From the NCBI RefSeq assembly GCF_009914755.1, contig NC_060926.1: a stretch of DNA of 64,000 bases, one strand, 5' to 3'. Of this stretch, positions 25,390 through 39,993 are shown piece after piece. Below the pieces are notes generated by a model that had not been told where the DNA came from, did no database searches, and saw only the letters and a list, made by a program, of their open reading frames with translations. The stretch's first letter is position 1. The number at the start of each line of letters is the position of its first letter. The stretch comes from the human T2T-CHM13v2.0 reference genome, Homo sapiens. Position numbers and translations under genes: made by a program.

Positions 25390-25789
25390 ATAGAAACAAT
25401 TTACCATATTAGAATCACCAACCATCACTACATACCTTCTTTATAATATAAGTATCAGATGTTTTCAGACTTGTAAACGAAGCTTTACATTCTGATTTTA
25501 ACATTATTTGATTATCTAAAGGCCTTCATTCACTGCCTTTATCCTGACTTTGTGCTCCCATCAGTTTCAATTATTTCATGCCTAACACTTACACACCTAA
25601 ACTATCCTGCATGCCATGTTGTTTAAACAGAAAATTGAGCATTGTTTGAATTCGGTTAGGAGGATTATACAGAAGAATATTGGGAATGAAAATGATCCCG
25701 TAAACTCTAAAACTTAGATTCGCCACAGGTATTAAAATCATAATAAATTTATCTTTGGCAGACATTCTTCATTTATCGCATTCATCTTC

Positions 25790-25930
25790 ATAATTACCTG
25801 ATAATATATCATGCCCATTTACATTTCAGGGCAAGAAGACTCAGCTTGTTAAGTGACCTCCCCAAGCTATACATCTTGTTATGATTACGGTTGTTATTCA
25901 GTTTGCCCATTTTAAAATCCCTCACTCTTT
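25790..25930 (-). mobile_element. MIR fragment
   Basis: atcatgcccattt...gactcagcttgttaagtgacctccccaagctatacatct. Confidence 0.55.
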
Positions 25931-27759
25931 TCAAAACTGCCAGGCTCATAACTAACTTTTGCTTAGAATAACATTTCTGGCTTCTTCCTGATTACGAATC
26001 CCTATTCTTCAAGCTCTCCGTGTTGTCTCTGGAGCATGTGTGAGACTACAGGGCTGGCAGCCTCTGATAAGCCTCCCGGCTAAGTTCTCATCATGTGTCA
26101 GCTGCCATATTTGTGTGACCCAGATCCTCATTTCCATTCTCTAATCTGTCTCTCATCTGCAATTCCAACAGATTGTAAATCCCAACTATTGTCTCACTAC
26201 GGGCATAGCTGGCCCCTTCATGGAGCTTAATGAATTATGGTAATGGCTAACGCGACAGAGTAACTTTAAAAAAAGAATTAAATTTAAATATTCACCATAT
26301 AATGTCAACATTCTGAGTGTATCAAATACCTCTTAAACATAAGAAGATGTGTTGTGCATATCACTGAACATAGTATTTTAAAAATCTAACAGCTGGGATG
26401 AATATGTTTAACCTCACAGTTACAATGAAGAAGGCTATTACATCATGCCAGTGAATCTGAGCAGCTCAAAAAGCAGTAGAATTATTGTGAATATTTGTCA
26501 ATGAAAAAAACCTTGGGCATCATCTACTTTAGTACTTTCGTCTTAAAGGTTAAGAAATTATGCTCCAAACAGGGGCAGGGGACCATCAGCCAATGAGTAA
26601 CAAAGAAAATTACATTAAAAAAAAATATATGCTTCATCTACCCTCTCCATGGTCATTTCATTAACTACACAGTTCCCATGTTTAGCTGAGTTATAAAGGG
26701 AACATGATGGCCCTAAGTTGCTTAAAAGCCTTTGATAATTACCTGTTTTCCATGCAAAAATATATAGACTCCCTGGCATAATTATTCAAATCCTACACAA
26801 TCTCCCCCAGTCCACATTCTTATCACCAGCTGCTCTTCTCACTTTATGAAGTGCCCATTATGGAAGCCACAGCTGAGTTATAATTCTCTGAACACTGGTA
26901 CTCATTCCTTTCCTCTGCTTGATTAAGCTTTACCTCCCATTGTACCCAGCCCCAAACCCTATTTATTGCATACATGTCTGCCTTTCTATGACGATTGTTA
27001 ATTGTTTGAAGCTCAGAATAAAATCTTGAAAACACCTTTAGCCCCTCCTAAAATTAGCGTAACTCCTGGAAAATAGTAAACATTGAAATAATTAAAAGAG
27101 TAAAAAGGGCATTCACCCTGGGGAAGGAAACTACAACAAATGCAATCAGTGTTCCGGCAGTCTCACACGTTTTCCCATTATCCCCACCCCAATTTCCATT
27201 CAGAGCAGGTCCCAGATGAGAGGGCACCACCTTTACCTATTTTCTCTTAGTGACTGAACAGGAAGGTATATGGACAAAATTTAATAAAGTCTGACCTGCA
27301 AACTGAACCAGGCGTCACCAAGACAAGGAAGCCAAATACTCCTGCCAGGTTGATGCCAACCTCTGTCCACAACCCTGAGGAGTGGTCCCCAGTGCCAGAT
27401 TATTTCCAAAGCTAATAGCAGGTCCATTAGCTTAGAAATTATACAACATTTAGTTTGCTATAAGCAGTAAGGGGTAAAACTGAACTAGCGTGCATTATAC
27501 TTTATAATTTGCAAATTTTTCATGCATTTTCTTATTTAATCCTAACAACAAGTAAAAAACCTGAAATGCAGTACATTTAACATGTTCCAGAAATCCTGGA
27601 GCTCATAAGCAAGAGAAATAATTTTAAAATTTGTTAAACGGTTCCACTTTTGCATGATAATATAAGGAAGTCTTGGACCGGCTCCCCAGTAAAACTGGTA
27701 AAAATTAATTATTTTTAAGAAACCCAAAGATATACATAAAATTAAGAAATAGTTACTTA

Positions 27760-28141
<382 letters not shown>

Positions 28142-31071
28142 TAGCTCACTGGAATGGAAACTTTACTCCAGATAGCTGTAGCCAAGAACACAGGGCTCCC
28201 TTTCACTTCAGTCAGAGGTCTGTCTTCCCAGAAATGTAGGGACCAACAGTTCTTATCCTGCCTTCACCTATCTATTGATAAGAGTACCTTCCAGGCAAGT
28301 GAAGCCAAGAGATGAGGACTCCATTCTTCTGTTCAACCTACACTGCGGAATAGAAGGTCTGTGATCAGTATGGTGTTGCCTAGAATACTGGGGCTCTGAT
28401 GTCTCTTGTCCTATTTTATAAGGTAGAGGTCAAATGCTGGTAGACGCAAGATGATAATATCTGAGGCAACTGGTAGTAACTACACCAAGTGCTCAGTACT
28501 GAGCGGTTCACTTGCCATTTTCCCTACCCACAGCTCCAGAGCTGTGGATTGAAGATGTTTCCTTGGGAGGAGAAGTACACATAAAACAACATCTTCAAAT
28601 CTCTTCCCAAAAGAATTAAGAGAGGATGGAGAAGTTCAAGCCTAAAATTGTTCTCAAAACCAATGGGCTTGTAATGAAAGACAATTAAGATGAGACTAGT
28701 AGATTCACTAGAGATTTAAGCTAAACTATATACTGGCTAATTTTATGAAAATAACAGGGGAAAGAGATGGCTCAGAGGAGCCCTTCTGAGGACAAAATGA
28801 ATCTCAAACTCTGACTTTGGGAACTACCTTCTCAAAGGAGAACACATTTGATTGGATCACAGTATATGCCCCAGGATGGCTGAAAACAATAAAGCATTCA
28901 GCCAGCAATTAGTCCAGTTAAACAGCTTGTTGTGGTCAGGGAAAGAGACAATAAAAGAAAATCTTGTCCACACTACTGTCATCTTAGGGTAACTGTGGGC
29001 ATATCCAAGCCAGTGGCCCCTGGGAAGCAGCATCAGAGGATTCACAGGCCAAGAGGAAAACAGACTTCATCAAAATAACACAGCCAGTCATAAACAAACA
29101 AGTAAAAAAAAAAACCTGATCCCCTAACATTATTTAAATCATATAACATGGAAACAAATAGAAAGGTGTGACCCAGATACAAGGAAGCTAAAAAGTAGGG
29201 GAAAAAGATAGCATATTAGAGTTACTAGATATCGGATTAAAAGACAGACGCTTCAAAGTAGTCATTACAAACATGTTTGGTAGACTAAATAAACCATTTA
29301 AAAAGTAAAGAAAGGTATCATGACAATGCCACAGAATGGAGGATATCAGTAAAGAGGTAGAATTTTTTTTTTAAATGGAGAAAGTAGAATTAAAAGTTTC
29401 AGTCACTGAAATATTTTTTAAAATTCACTAGAGGGTCTGAAGAGTAGATTTGAACTGGCAGAAGAAACTGTTAGCAAACTTGAAATAAGATTAGCAGAGA
29501 TTGTGTAATCCAAATAACAGAAAGAAAAAAGAATAAAGAAATACAGAAAGCCTTAGAAAAATGTGGGGCATAATTAAATGCAACAACTTACATGTTATTT
29601 TATTACCAAAAGTAGAAAAGACACAGCAGCAGAAAAAATATACCAAAAAAATGGCTAAAAACTTTCCAAATGTATTGAAAACATTAACCTACATGCACAT
29701 GAAACTCAATAAATTTCAAGTAGAATAAATGTGAAGAGTTACACAAAAAGACAAATTATAGTAAAAATGCTGAAAGCCAAAAACAGGAAGAAAATTTCAA
29801 AGCATCAAAGAAAAATGCAGTCATTGATTATAAATAATTCCCCCAAAGATGAACAACTGACTTCTCATCAGGAACAGTGAAAGCCAAAAGAAAGTGGAAT
29901 AACATCATCAAAGTGTCCACAAAAAAAGATAACCAAGAATCCTATATCCAGCAAAGCTGGCTTCCAAAAATGGAGGCGCAATACAAACATTCTTAGATAA
30001 CAAAAAATAAAGAACATTTGTAATTAGCAGACTTGCTTTACAAGAAATATGAGAGGAAGTTCTTGAGGCTGAAAACAAATGACCTCAGAAAATAATGTGA
30101 ATCCACTGATTTAAAAAGAGAGCATCTGTAAAGATAATTATGTAATTATATTACAAATTGCATAAATCGCATTCTTCTGTTTGTTTCTTTTAAATTATTT
30201 AAAAAGCAATTGTATCAAACACACATATATATAGATACAGATAGATATAGATATATGTACACACACATTGTTTGACTCATAACACGTAGAAATGTAATAT
30301 GTTTTTCAATGACAGCACAAAGAAGATGGGTGTAATGTTGGTAATGGCAACTTTGTAGTTTCTGTCTTTTAAATCTGATATCTTGTCATACTCAGAGGCT
30401 GTTTGTTTTTCTTTTTTATTTTCTAGTATGTGGTTATTATTTGCTTGTCAAGTCAAAGTTGTATTGGGCTAAGAGGTTACTGAAGATGATAACTGTAATT
30501 TATAGGAATAAACAGAAATTATAAATCAGTAGGTTTATGTAATGAAAGCTACAGATATCTACTTACTCTCATTTCTAATCTCACCTTATTTAAAAGATGG
30601 AAACTTGTATAAAGTAAAAATTATAATGTAATATTGGGTATGTAACAGCTACAGCTGTATTATGTATGAGAATAATGTTGAAAAGGAGTTGAAATAGAAT
30701 AAAGTTATTTAAGTGTAATAGTTCTATACCATACTGAAATTAAGATCATATAAATCTGAAGGGGTTTCTGATAAGTTAAGAGGTCTATGGCAGGAACAGG
30801 TGCAACCACCAAGAAAATGACTAAAAAATATGGTGGAAAAAAAAAACAATTAATGGAATTAAAATCCTATATTAGAAAACACTCACTGAATGTAAAAGAA
30901 GAAATAAAGGAAGAATGGAAGAACAAAAAAGTCATGAGACAAACAGAAAAGAAAAGTAAGCTGGGAGACATAAATTCAACTATATCAATACCAGAATTAA
31001 ATATAAATGGATTAAACAACTCAAGCCAAAGGCAGAAATGTCAGATGGGATTTTAAAAAATAAAACAAGAT

Positions 31072-31072
31072 C

Positions 31073-31108
<36 letters not shown>

Positions 31109-31117
31109 CATATATAT
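31072..31117. repeat. (TA)n microsatellite
   Basis: Interrupted TA run inside L1 ORF2. Confidence 0.92.
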
Positions 31118-32036
31118 TTGTAGTATATAATACATACAGTTCAGATTCAAAAATACAAATAGATTAAAAGCAAAAGTATAGAAATACTTGTCAGGCAAAC
31201 AGCAACCACAAGAGGATTGCAGCAGCTCTACTAATATCAGACAGAAACGTATTTTTACAAGTGTTACCAGAAATAAACATTTTTTTTAAAATGTTACCAG
31301 AAATAATATACCATTGTATAATGATGAAAGGGTCAAAACATGGGGCAGATATAGAAATGAAAAACATATATGCACCTAAAATCACTGCATCAAAATATAT
31401 AAAGCAAAAACTGATAGAAATGAAGGGATAAATAGATAATTCAACAATAATAGGTGGAGATCTTAATACCTTTCTAATATGGATAGGTCTTCTAGGAAGA
31501 AGATCAATGAGCAAAGAAAAAGTTTTATCAACACTATAAACCAATCCAACCTAACAGACGTCTATAAAACACTCTTCCCAAAACGTCAGAATCCACATTG
31601 TTCTCAAAGGCATGTGGATACTATCCAGTTTAGACCATATGTTAAGCCATAAAACAAACTTCAACAAAAAAAAAAAGGATAGCAATAATACAGAGTTTGT
31701 ACTCTGACCACAACGGAATAAGTAAACAAAAAAACTTCTAAATAACTGACGTGTCAAAGAGGGGAATTAGAAAATATTTTCAGATGAATTAAAATAAAGA
31801 CACAATATACCAAAACTTTTGAGATGCAACTAAAGCATTGATTAGAAGGAAACTTATATCTGCAAATGCTTATAATAAGAAAGAAAAAAATCTCAAATCA
31901 ATAATCCAAACTTCTACTTTAAGACACTAGAAAAAGAAGGCAAAATAAACCAAAGCAAGCAGTTGAAAGGAAATTATAAAGATTAAAGTTGAAAACAATG
32001 AAATAGAGAATATATAAACATTATAGAAAAATCAAT

Positions 32037-32345
32037 GGACAAGAGGGGTAGTGAGAATGAGGAGATGATGGACAATGAGTACAAAATCTCAATTAGACAC
32101 AAGAATTTGTTTTTGAAATCTATTGCACAGCAAGGTGAATATAGCTAATAATAGAATATTGCACATTTCAAAATTGCTATGAGAGTATATTTCAAGTGTT
32201 CTCATAAAAATGCTAAGTACTTGAGGTGATAGATATATTTAATACCTTGATTTAATTCAACATTGTATTTATAAATTATAACATCACTTTGTACTCCATA
32301 TATACAATTCCAAATTGTCAATTTATAGTTTAAAAATAAAAATTT
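32037..32345 (+). mobile_element. L1MA-type 3' end inserted into L1MB ORF2
   Basis: gagtacaaaatctcaattagac...ctattgcacagca...tttcaaaattgcta...gaggtgatagatat...aacatcactttgtac; host resumes with a decayed duplication (aaatcaat / aaatctat). Confidence 0.8.
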
Positions 32346-33745
32346 AAACAAATCTATAAAACCAAAACAGTTTTTTAAACATCAACAAAATTGGCAAACT
32401 TTTAGCTATATTTAGCAAAAAAGAAAGAGAAGATTAATACTACTAAAACCACAAGTGAAAGAGGGAATATTACAGAAATTAAAAAAAAAATAGAAATACT
32501 ATTGGGCACTTGTATGCAAATAAATAAGATAATTTAGATCGAATGGACAAATTCCCGTACACGCACAAACTACCAAAACTGGCTCAAAAAAAAAAAAATA
32601 GACCATCTGGATAGACTTATCATAAGTGAACAGATTGAATTAGTGATTTCAGAACTACACACGAAGAAAAACCTAAGCCCAGATGGCTTCAGCACTTCAC
32701 TCTACCAAACATTTAAAGAAACACTAATACCAATTCTTCACAAACTCTACTAAAAAACAGAGAAGAGAACATTTCCCAACTAGACAAAGATATCCCAAGG
32801 TAAGACAGCTACAGACTACTATCTTATGAAGGCAAACATCCTCCACAAAGTAGTAGCAAACCAAATCCAACAACATGTGAAAATAACTAAACACCATGAC
32901 CAAGGGAAGCAAGATGGCTTTAACACCTCAAAATCAATTAACACAATATAACATGTCAAAAAAAGAAAATAACCACATTATTATTTAATTAACTTAAAAA
33001 ATTAACACCATTTAATATCCTTTTATGATAAAACAAAACACAACAAAATCTAATAAAATAAATTAGGCAAACTAGGCCTAGAAGAAAACTTTCTCAATAA
33101 GATAAAACACATCTGTGAACTCCAGAACTAACATTATACTTATTGCTAGAAAGCTGATCCTTTTTCCCTGAGAGCAGAAATAAGGCAATAATACTCATGG
33201 CACTTCTATTCAACATTGTTTTACTTAACTTTTTGGCTAGGGTAATTAGACAAATAAAAGAAATAAAATAAATCAAATAAATAAATATTGGAAAAAAAGA
33301 AGTGCCACTGCCTTTCTTCACAGATGACATGACTGTGTAAAAAAATATTAGAACTACTAAACAAGGACAGCAAGGTTGCAGGACATATTATCAATATATA
33401 AAACAAACTATATTTCTATCCACTTGCAAGGAAAATTCAAAAAAATGAAATTAAGAAAACAATTCAATTTACAATAGAATCAAAAAGAATAAAATACTTA
33501 GGAATAAATTAACAGTCAGTGGAAAACTTAAAACTCTAAAACACAGATTAAAAAAAGTAGAAATCTAAATAAATGAAAATATCTCATATTAATGGGCTGG
33601 AAGACCTAACATTGTTAGGATGGCAGTACTCCCCAAATTGATCTATAGGTTTAACACATTCCCTGTCAGATTTCCAGATGACTTATCTGTAAAAATTTAC
33701 GAGAGGATGCTAAATGCAGATAGAATTGCAAGAGAGCCAAAATAG

Positions 33746-33788
<43 letters not shown>

Positions 33789-33808
33789 AACACACATTGA
33801 CACACACA
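33746..33808. repeat. (TC)n(AC)n compound microsatellite
   Basis: Direct reading. Confidence 0.95.
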
Positions 33809-35145
33809 ATCTTGAAAAAGGGCAAGTAGGACTCACACTTTCTCATTTGGAAACTTACTACAAGGCAACAGTAATCAAGACAGCGCGGTACTGACATAAA
33901 GACAGATGTATATAGCAATAGAATAGACTTGAGAGTCCAAAAAATGAACTCACACATCTATGGTTAACCGACTTTTTGACAAGGGTGCCAGTACCATTCA
34001 ACAGAAAAAGAATAGTATCTTTAACAAATGTGCTGGGACAACTGTATAGTCACCAACACAAGAATGAAGTTGGACGCTTACATTACATCATATAAAAAAG
34101 TTAACTCAAAATGCATCAATACATAAATGAAAGAGCTAAAATTATAAAAGTCTTAGAAGAAAACATGAGAGAAAGCCTCATGACCTTGGATCTGACAATA
34201 TATTTTTAGATAAGACACCAAAAGCATGGGCAATTAAAAAAATGATAACTTGAACTTTATCAAAATTTGTGCTTTAAAGGACACATCAAAAAAGTGAAAA
34301 GACAATCAACAGAACAAGAAAAAATATTTGCAAATCATATATATAAGAAGGGAATATCTTGTATATAGAATATACAAAAACTTAACACTCAGAAATAACA
34401 AAACAACCCAATTTAAAAGTAGACAAATGATCTCAATAGATGTTTCCCCACATAAGTTATACAAATGGCCAATAAGCACATGAAAATATGCCCAACATCA
34501 TTAGCCATCAGGGAAATACAAATCAGGTCTACAGTGAAATGTAATTGTACGCTCACTAGAACAGCTGGAATCTAAAAGTCAGATGATAACATGTGATAAT
34601 GAGGTTATAGAGAGATCACAATCCTCATGTACTGCTGGTAGGAAATGCAGTCACTTTGAAAAATAGTAAAATAGTCTAGCAGTTCCTTCCTCCAATAGTC
34701 ATATGTAGATTTACCATAACAAATGGAAACTTTATTCCTAGTTACATACTAAGGAGAAATTAAAACATATGTCCACGCAATAACTTGTAAACAAATATTT
34801 ATAACAGCCAAAATGTAGAAGCAACCTACATGTCTTCCAACTGACAAATGGATAAACAAAATGGGGCATATCCTTGTGAAGGGTTATTGCTTTGCCCTTA
34901 AAAGAATGAAGTACTGACAGATGCTTCAATATGAATGAACCTTCAAAACATCATGCTAAGTGAAAGAAGTCAGTCAAAAAAGACCACATATTTTATGATA
35001 TTTTTATGAAATGTCTAGAATAGACAAATCTATAGATACTGAAAGTAGATTAATGGTTGCTTAAGGCAAGGGGTGATGGGGTAAAAGCATCAGTGGATTA
35101 TAGCTAAAGTGTACAGGGTTTCTTTCTGAGGGGATGAAAATATCC

Positions 35146-35609
35146 TTTTTTTTTAACTTTAAGTTCTAGGATACATGTGCAGAATGTGCAAGTTTGTTAC
35201 ATAGGTATACATGTGCCATGGTGGTTTGCTGCACCTGTCAGCCCATCATCTAGGTTTTAAGCCCTGCATGCATTAGGTATTTGTCCTAATGCTCTACCAT
35301 CCCTTGCCCCCCACCCCACAACAGGCTCCAGTGTGTGGTGTTCCCCTCCCTGTGTCCATGTGTTTTCATTGTTCAACTCCCACTTATGAGTACGAACATG
35401 CAGTGTTTGGTTTTCTGTTCCTGTGTTAGTTTGCTGAGAACGATGGCTTCCAGTTTCATCCATGTCCCTGCAAAGGATATAAACTCATTCTTTTTTATGG
35501 CTGCATAGTATTCCATGGTGTATATGTGTCACATTTCCTTTATCCAGTCTATCATTGATGGGCATTTGGGTCGGTTCCAAGTTTTTGCTATTGTAAATAG
35601 TGCTGCAAT
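35146..35609 (-). mobile_element. L1PA (L1PA8-like) 5'-truncated 3' end
   Basis: Poly-T, then aactttaagttctaggatacatgtgcagaa...taggttttaagccctgcatgcattagg; inserted in the L1MB 3' UTR. Confidence 0.9.
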
Positions 35610-35944
35610 TGATGTTTTCATATATCTGTGAATATACTACAAACCATGAGATTTTATACTTTAAATGAGTTAATTGTATAGTATATGAATTTTATATAAA
35701 TTAAAACCTTGTAAAACGTTGATAGAATTTCAGATTTTACTGTCAACCTACAAATTAGCAAGTTAAACTGGCATTTTTCCAAGAGCTTACTGTGTGGCCA
35801 AAAGGTGGTTGACTCTCCAGAGATTTTGCACTTCTTCAAAAATATAATGGCCATGTTGATCTCTTAAAGCATAGTGAGGAATAGCCATTTAGCAGGTGTG
35901 CACTGAGAAGTGGCTTGTGTCCAGTACCATTCTGGATGGAATAC

Positions 35945-36360
35945 TTTTATAGTTAGGATATTTGTTCCCTGTAAAACTCCTGTGGAAATTTCATTCCCAG
36001 TGTGGCGATTTGGGAAGGTGAGGCCTAGTGGGAGGTGATTGAGTCATGGGAGTGAACCCTTCATGAATAGATTAATGTTTCCTCTTGGGTGGGAGTGGGC
36101 TCTCACTATTAGTTCTTACAAGAGTTGGTTGTTAAACGGAGCCTGCCACTCCCCCATCTCTCTTGCTTCCCCTCTCACCATGTGGTCTCTGCACACACTG
36201 GCTCTCCCTTCACATTGATCTGTGAGTGGAAGCAGCCTGAGGCTTTCACCAGGTGCTCAGTCTTCCGGTCTGCAGAGCTGTGAGCCAAATAAACCTTTTT
36301 TCTTTATAAATGACACTGCCTCAGGTATTCCTTGATAGCAACACTAAACAGACTAAGACA
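35945..36360 (+). mobile_element. MaLR solo LTR (MSTB/MSTC-like)
   Basis: tatagttaggatatttgttcc...gggaggtgattgagtcatggg...gtgagccaaataaacc...cagactaagaca. Confidence 0.85.
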
Positions 36361-37184
36361 AGCATAGAAGTTGAAAATAGTGTTATCTAGCAATCGCTAA
36401 AAATTTTCTCAATGCCCCTTGTACTTTAAAAAGTATAAAATAAATTATTAGTAAATTACATTTTGTGATAACACACAGGGAAAAGAAAACATAACTGAAA
36501 ATTTCTATGCATTTTAGTAATATTAATCATAATTTCCATATAATCATGAAAGAGCTTTCAGGAAGACATGAGGCTGGATAAGGCAAGTAAATTGGGTAAA
36601 GCAAACACTTGCTGTATATATGCTGTAGTAAAAAAATGTATCTAAAAACTCATGTGTGAATAAACTAATACTTAAAAACAGATGGTAAATTTAAATAGTA
36701 TACTACTGTAAATCCAGAAATATCACTGGGTGGGTAGCGTGGAAAAAATGTTTTGGTCTAAGTATACAATATATTCTTACAGCAGGAATGACTGTGGGAA
36801 TGTTTTAATAAAAATATTTTAAATATGTATGGGGGTATTTCTGAGCCTTTGCAATTCTAGCATGATCTGTGGAAAAAAAGTTTCAAGTTCCAATGAGAAG
36901 AATTGACTACTGGCTTTTTCACCAAAGATGCCCCTCCAGGGTTTAATATACAGCAATTTTTGAAATGCTGAATGAAATGCCTGAAATGAAATGTCAGATT
37001 CTTTATATACTTATCTCGAGCCTTCACTTTGTATTCATTAATGTTTGCCTCTCAAACAACTCTCTCACGTCTCACTCACAGAAATGTAAGAGCTATCATT
37101 GTCATATCATTTAAAAACATTAGGAAATAAGTGAAAAAAATGAAAAACCATAGAATTTAAAGATGAATGTGCATTCTAGGTAAC

Positions 37185-37330
37185 CATGGATAAATTTCTT
37201 GTCCTTAGAGCTTAATTTACAGATTTACAAAATAAGGATAATACTCTGCTTCTACATTACAGAGCTGTTATTATGAAAATGAAATCAAATAAAAAAGTTA
37301 GGTAAGAAAGTAATGCAGTACATAATAAAT
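37185..37330 (+). mobile_element. MIR fragment
   Basis: aaaataaggataatac...acagagctgttattatgaaaatgaaat; diverged. Confidence 0.45.
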
Positions 37331-37849
37331 CTGATCTCTTGGGAAACAACACTTGCCTTGGTTTTTTTTGTTTCTTTATTTGTTAATTCATATTAAAAAA
37401 AAAAAAGAGTAGTGGTTCCAAAGTACATAGAGGAAAGCCAGGGCTAACTTTGGAGTCTTCATGATACAAATGAATTAAGTAAATAATGTTTGCATGTGAA
37501 ATGCTTTCTTTGAAGCCAGAAAGTAATATTTCATCATTGTTCATTTTAACTGTTCTTTATGGTATACAAATCACATTAAAGTTTATGTGCAAACTTCACA
37601 CACTGCAGTGGAGGGGGCACGCAATTAATGCACATTTGCTCTTTGGGGCTGCAACGTAAGAATGGAGGGAAAGTACAAAATGATCAGTTCATTACATTTG
37701 GGTTGAGAAGGACAGAAAGAAAAAGAAGAACTGACTCTATTAAGTGGATGCTATAATAAACCAACCCTACATTTTCAGTTGCTCAACACAACCAACATTT
37801 CTTTCTTACTCATACTAAGCCCAGTGTGGATTGGCAAGCAGGTCACCTT

Positions 37850-38110
37850 TGACACAGTCATTCGTAGATCCAGGTACCTTCCATTTTCCAAAACCACCAT
37901 TCTGAGAGGCTTCAGAGTCTTCTGGTGGCAGACAAAGAAAAAGAGAGAGGAGGGTCACAAGAAGGTTTTATGAACAAGAATGGAGGAACACATGTCTTCC
38001 ATGCATTCCTGTGGTCACACCTAACTACAAAAGAAGCTGCCAAAGTAGCCTGGCCTTTACACCACAAAGAGGAGGCAGAGGCTTTTCATAACCTTACAGC
38101 AGTCTGCCAT
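37850..38110 (-). mobile_element. Old MaLR LTR fragment (MLT1J/K-like)
   Basis: cacagtcattc...ccaggtaccttccat...ggtcacacctaactacaaaagaagctg. Confidence 0.45.
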
Positions 38111-38312
38111 ACTTGCTATAGCATGATTTCATAATGTGACCAAAAAGTTCAGGGATAGCACTGGTTTTGCTGGCCATAGAAGTCGCTTGACTCAGGATAA
38201 AGATGGTCGCATAGCTGAGTTTCTATTCCCCTCTCGTTGTATTTTTTCTCAAAGTCCATTTGATGACAAGACGGTTAATAACAATTCTAGATGTACATTC
38301 CCTTACCCCAAG

Positions 38313-38337
38313 ACACACACACACACACACACACACA
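38313..38337. repeat. (AC)n microsatellite
   Basis: Perfect run. Confidence 0.97.
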
Positions 38338-39931
38338 GGTTCAAATAAAGGCGCTGAGCATAAGTGCCATTGGACTGAACTAAACTGCCTCCCTGCCCCT
38401 GAAACATTTTCGGTGGACACAGGAATAAGATGTGATGATTGGTCTTGGTCCTGTGCTCTCCATGAGACAATTCCAAAATACATGAAGACTGAGAGTCATT
38501 CCCCAGAGAAAATTCATAATATTGTCACTGGAAATAGGATAAATTGAGACCATACAGGAAAAAGAGATGGGCACTAGACCTAAACAGCCACTGTCCTTTG
38601 CCCTACTCTTTTGATTGATAGTTGTGAAGATGAAAACAAGGAAGAAAGGAATGGATGGCAGCAATTTACGAGAGTAGGGCCCAGGCTCATGGTTACTGGA
38701 AAGGCTGCTTGGGAACGAAGGCAGTATCAGGACTCTGTTATCTCACGGAACCTTTGCAGAGCCTTGTGGTGCTGCATTATTAAAATGATTTAGTTGTTCT
38801 CTGTGCATTTCCCCCTTATTCCTGCTACCAAATTCCTAACTCTGTCTCATGTTCTGATCTATCAAGAGAGAACATCTCCTTGGTCCAACAGTAAGCACAG
38901 TCCTCCATGAGTAAAGACCACTATCCCCTGGTCCCTGGTCCATTCAGTTCACACTGATGACCACAGTGAGCTACTTTCAGCTCCTTCCTGAGCAGACGGC
39001 CCAGAGGCAGCGACTCCAGGAAAAGGCCTTGGAAGGTGGTTTCCCAGCTGGGGCTTAGCTTGTCCAGCATCCCTCTTGTCTGGGAGTTATTCTGCTGGAG
39101 AGAGTCTTTTCTATATTTAGCGAAGTTAGGGTGAATGCCTATCAAGTTTGCAAGCATTGTTTTCTTAGGAAACAATGCTCACCTTGGCCAGGGAGTTATT
39201 TATTCAAGCAAAATTATTTGATGATAGTGGAGATTTGACTGAATATGACTTTCTCAATCTGTATGGTATAAAGTAAGACTTTCTCAGCTATGAGCAAGTA
39301 AATAGTTGTGCAGGATTTTATAACTGAAAAGAATCTTCCTGCCTCATGTAAAATCAATGTCTGAAGAAGTCAAAGGACACATTCTGCAAAACACAATTCA
39401 CTTAGTGCCAGAACATGTTGGAACTCAGAACTCAGAGCTCTAATGCAGATCTTTTTTGCTTCTATGTCATGGGTAATTTGTCTGGTTGACCAGTTGTTTT
39501 AGGGAAAATTCCTCTTTCAGCCATTGTTCTTTCAGTCTGGGTATCAGAAATAGGGGGAGGGTGAAGGGAGCATGATCTGAAGTGGAGAAAAGCAGCCCTT
39601 GTGTCTGCCTATCAGTAGCTCTCTCTTTCTGCTCACCCAAAGATGTTCTTCATCCACTTGAGCACTCAGGAGGTTAATGTTACATCCATTTATACCCACA
39701 GGAAGCTGGAGGCAATAAAGCCTTAAATTTAGGCAAGAAAAATAAAAACTAATGATTGGCAGAGGAAGGATTCTTATGGTCAAACAAACAAAAACCATCA
39801 AGAAACCAAAACAAAATGAAAATTTGAGGATTTTCATTTTGTAGAATCATCATGCTGAAAAAAACTTGAGCGATATTGTTGTCCAAAGATTTTGGTATAA
39901 CGAGGTCACTTTCTCACAACTACTTTTAATT

Positions 39932-39987
<56 letters not shown>

Positions 39988-39993
39988 GGAGAG
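39932..39993. repeat. (TC)n(AC)n(AG)n compound microsatellite
   Basis: Direct reading. Confidence 0.96.

Noticed and set aside
37600-37625. CTCF-like motif (gtggagggggcac)
   Set aside because: Only the 3' half of the core matches; the CCASY part is absent.
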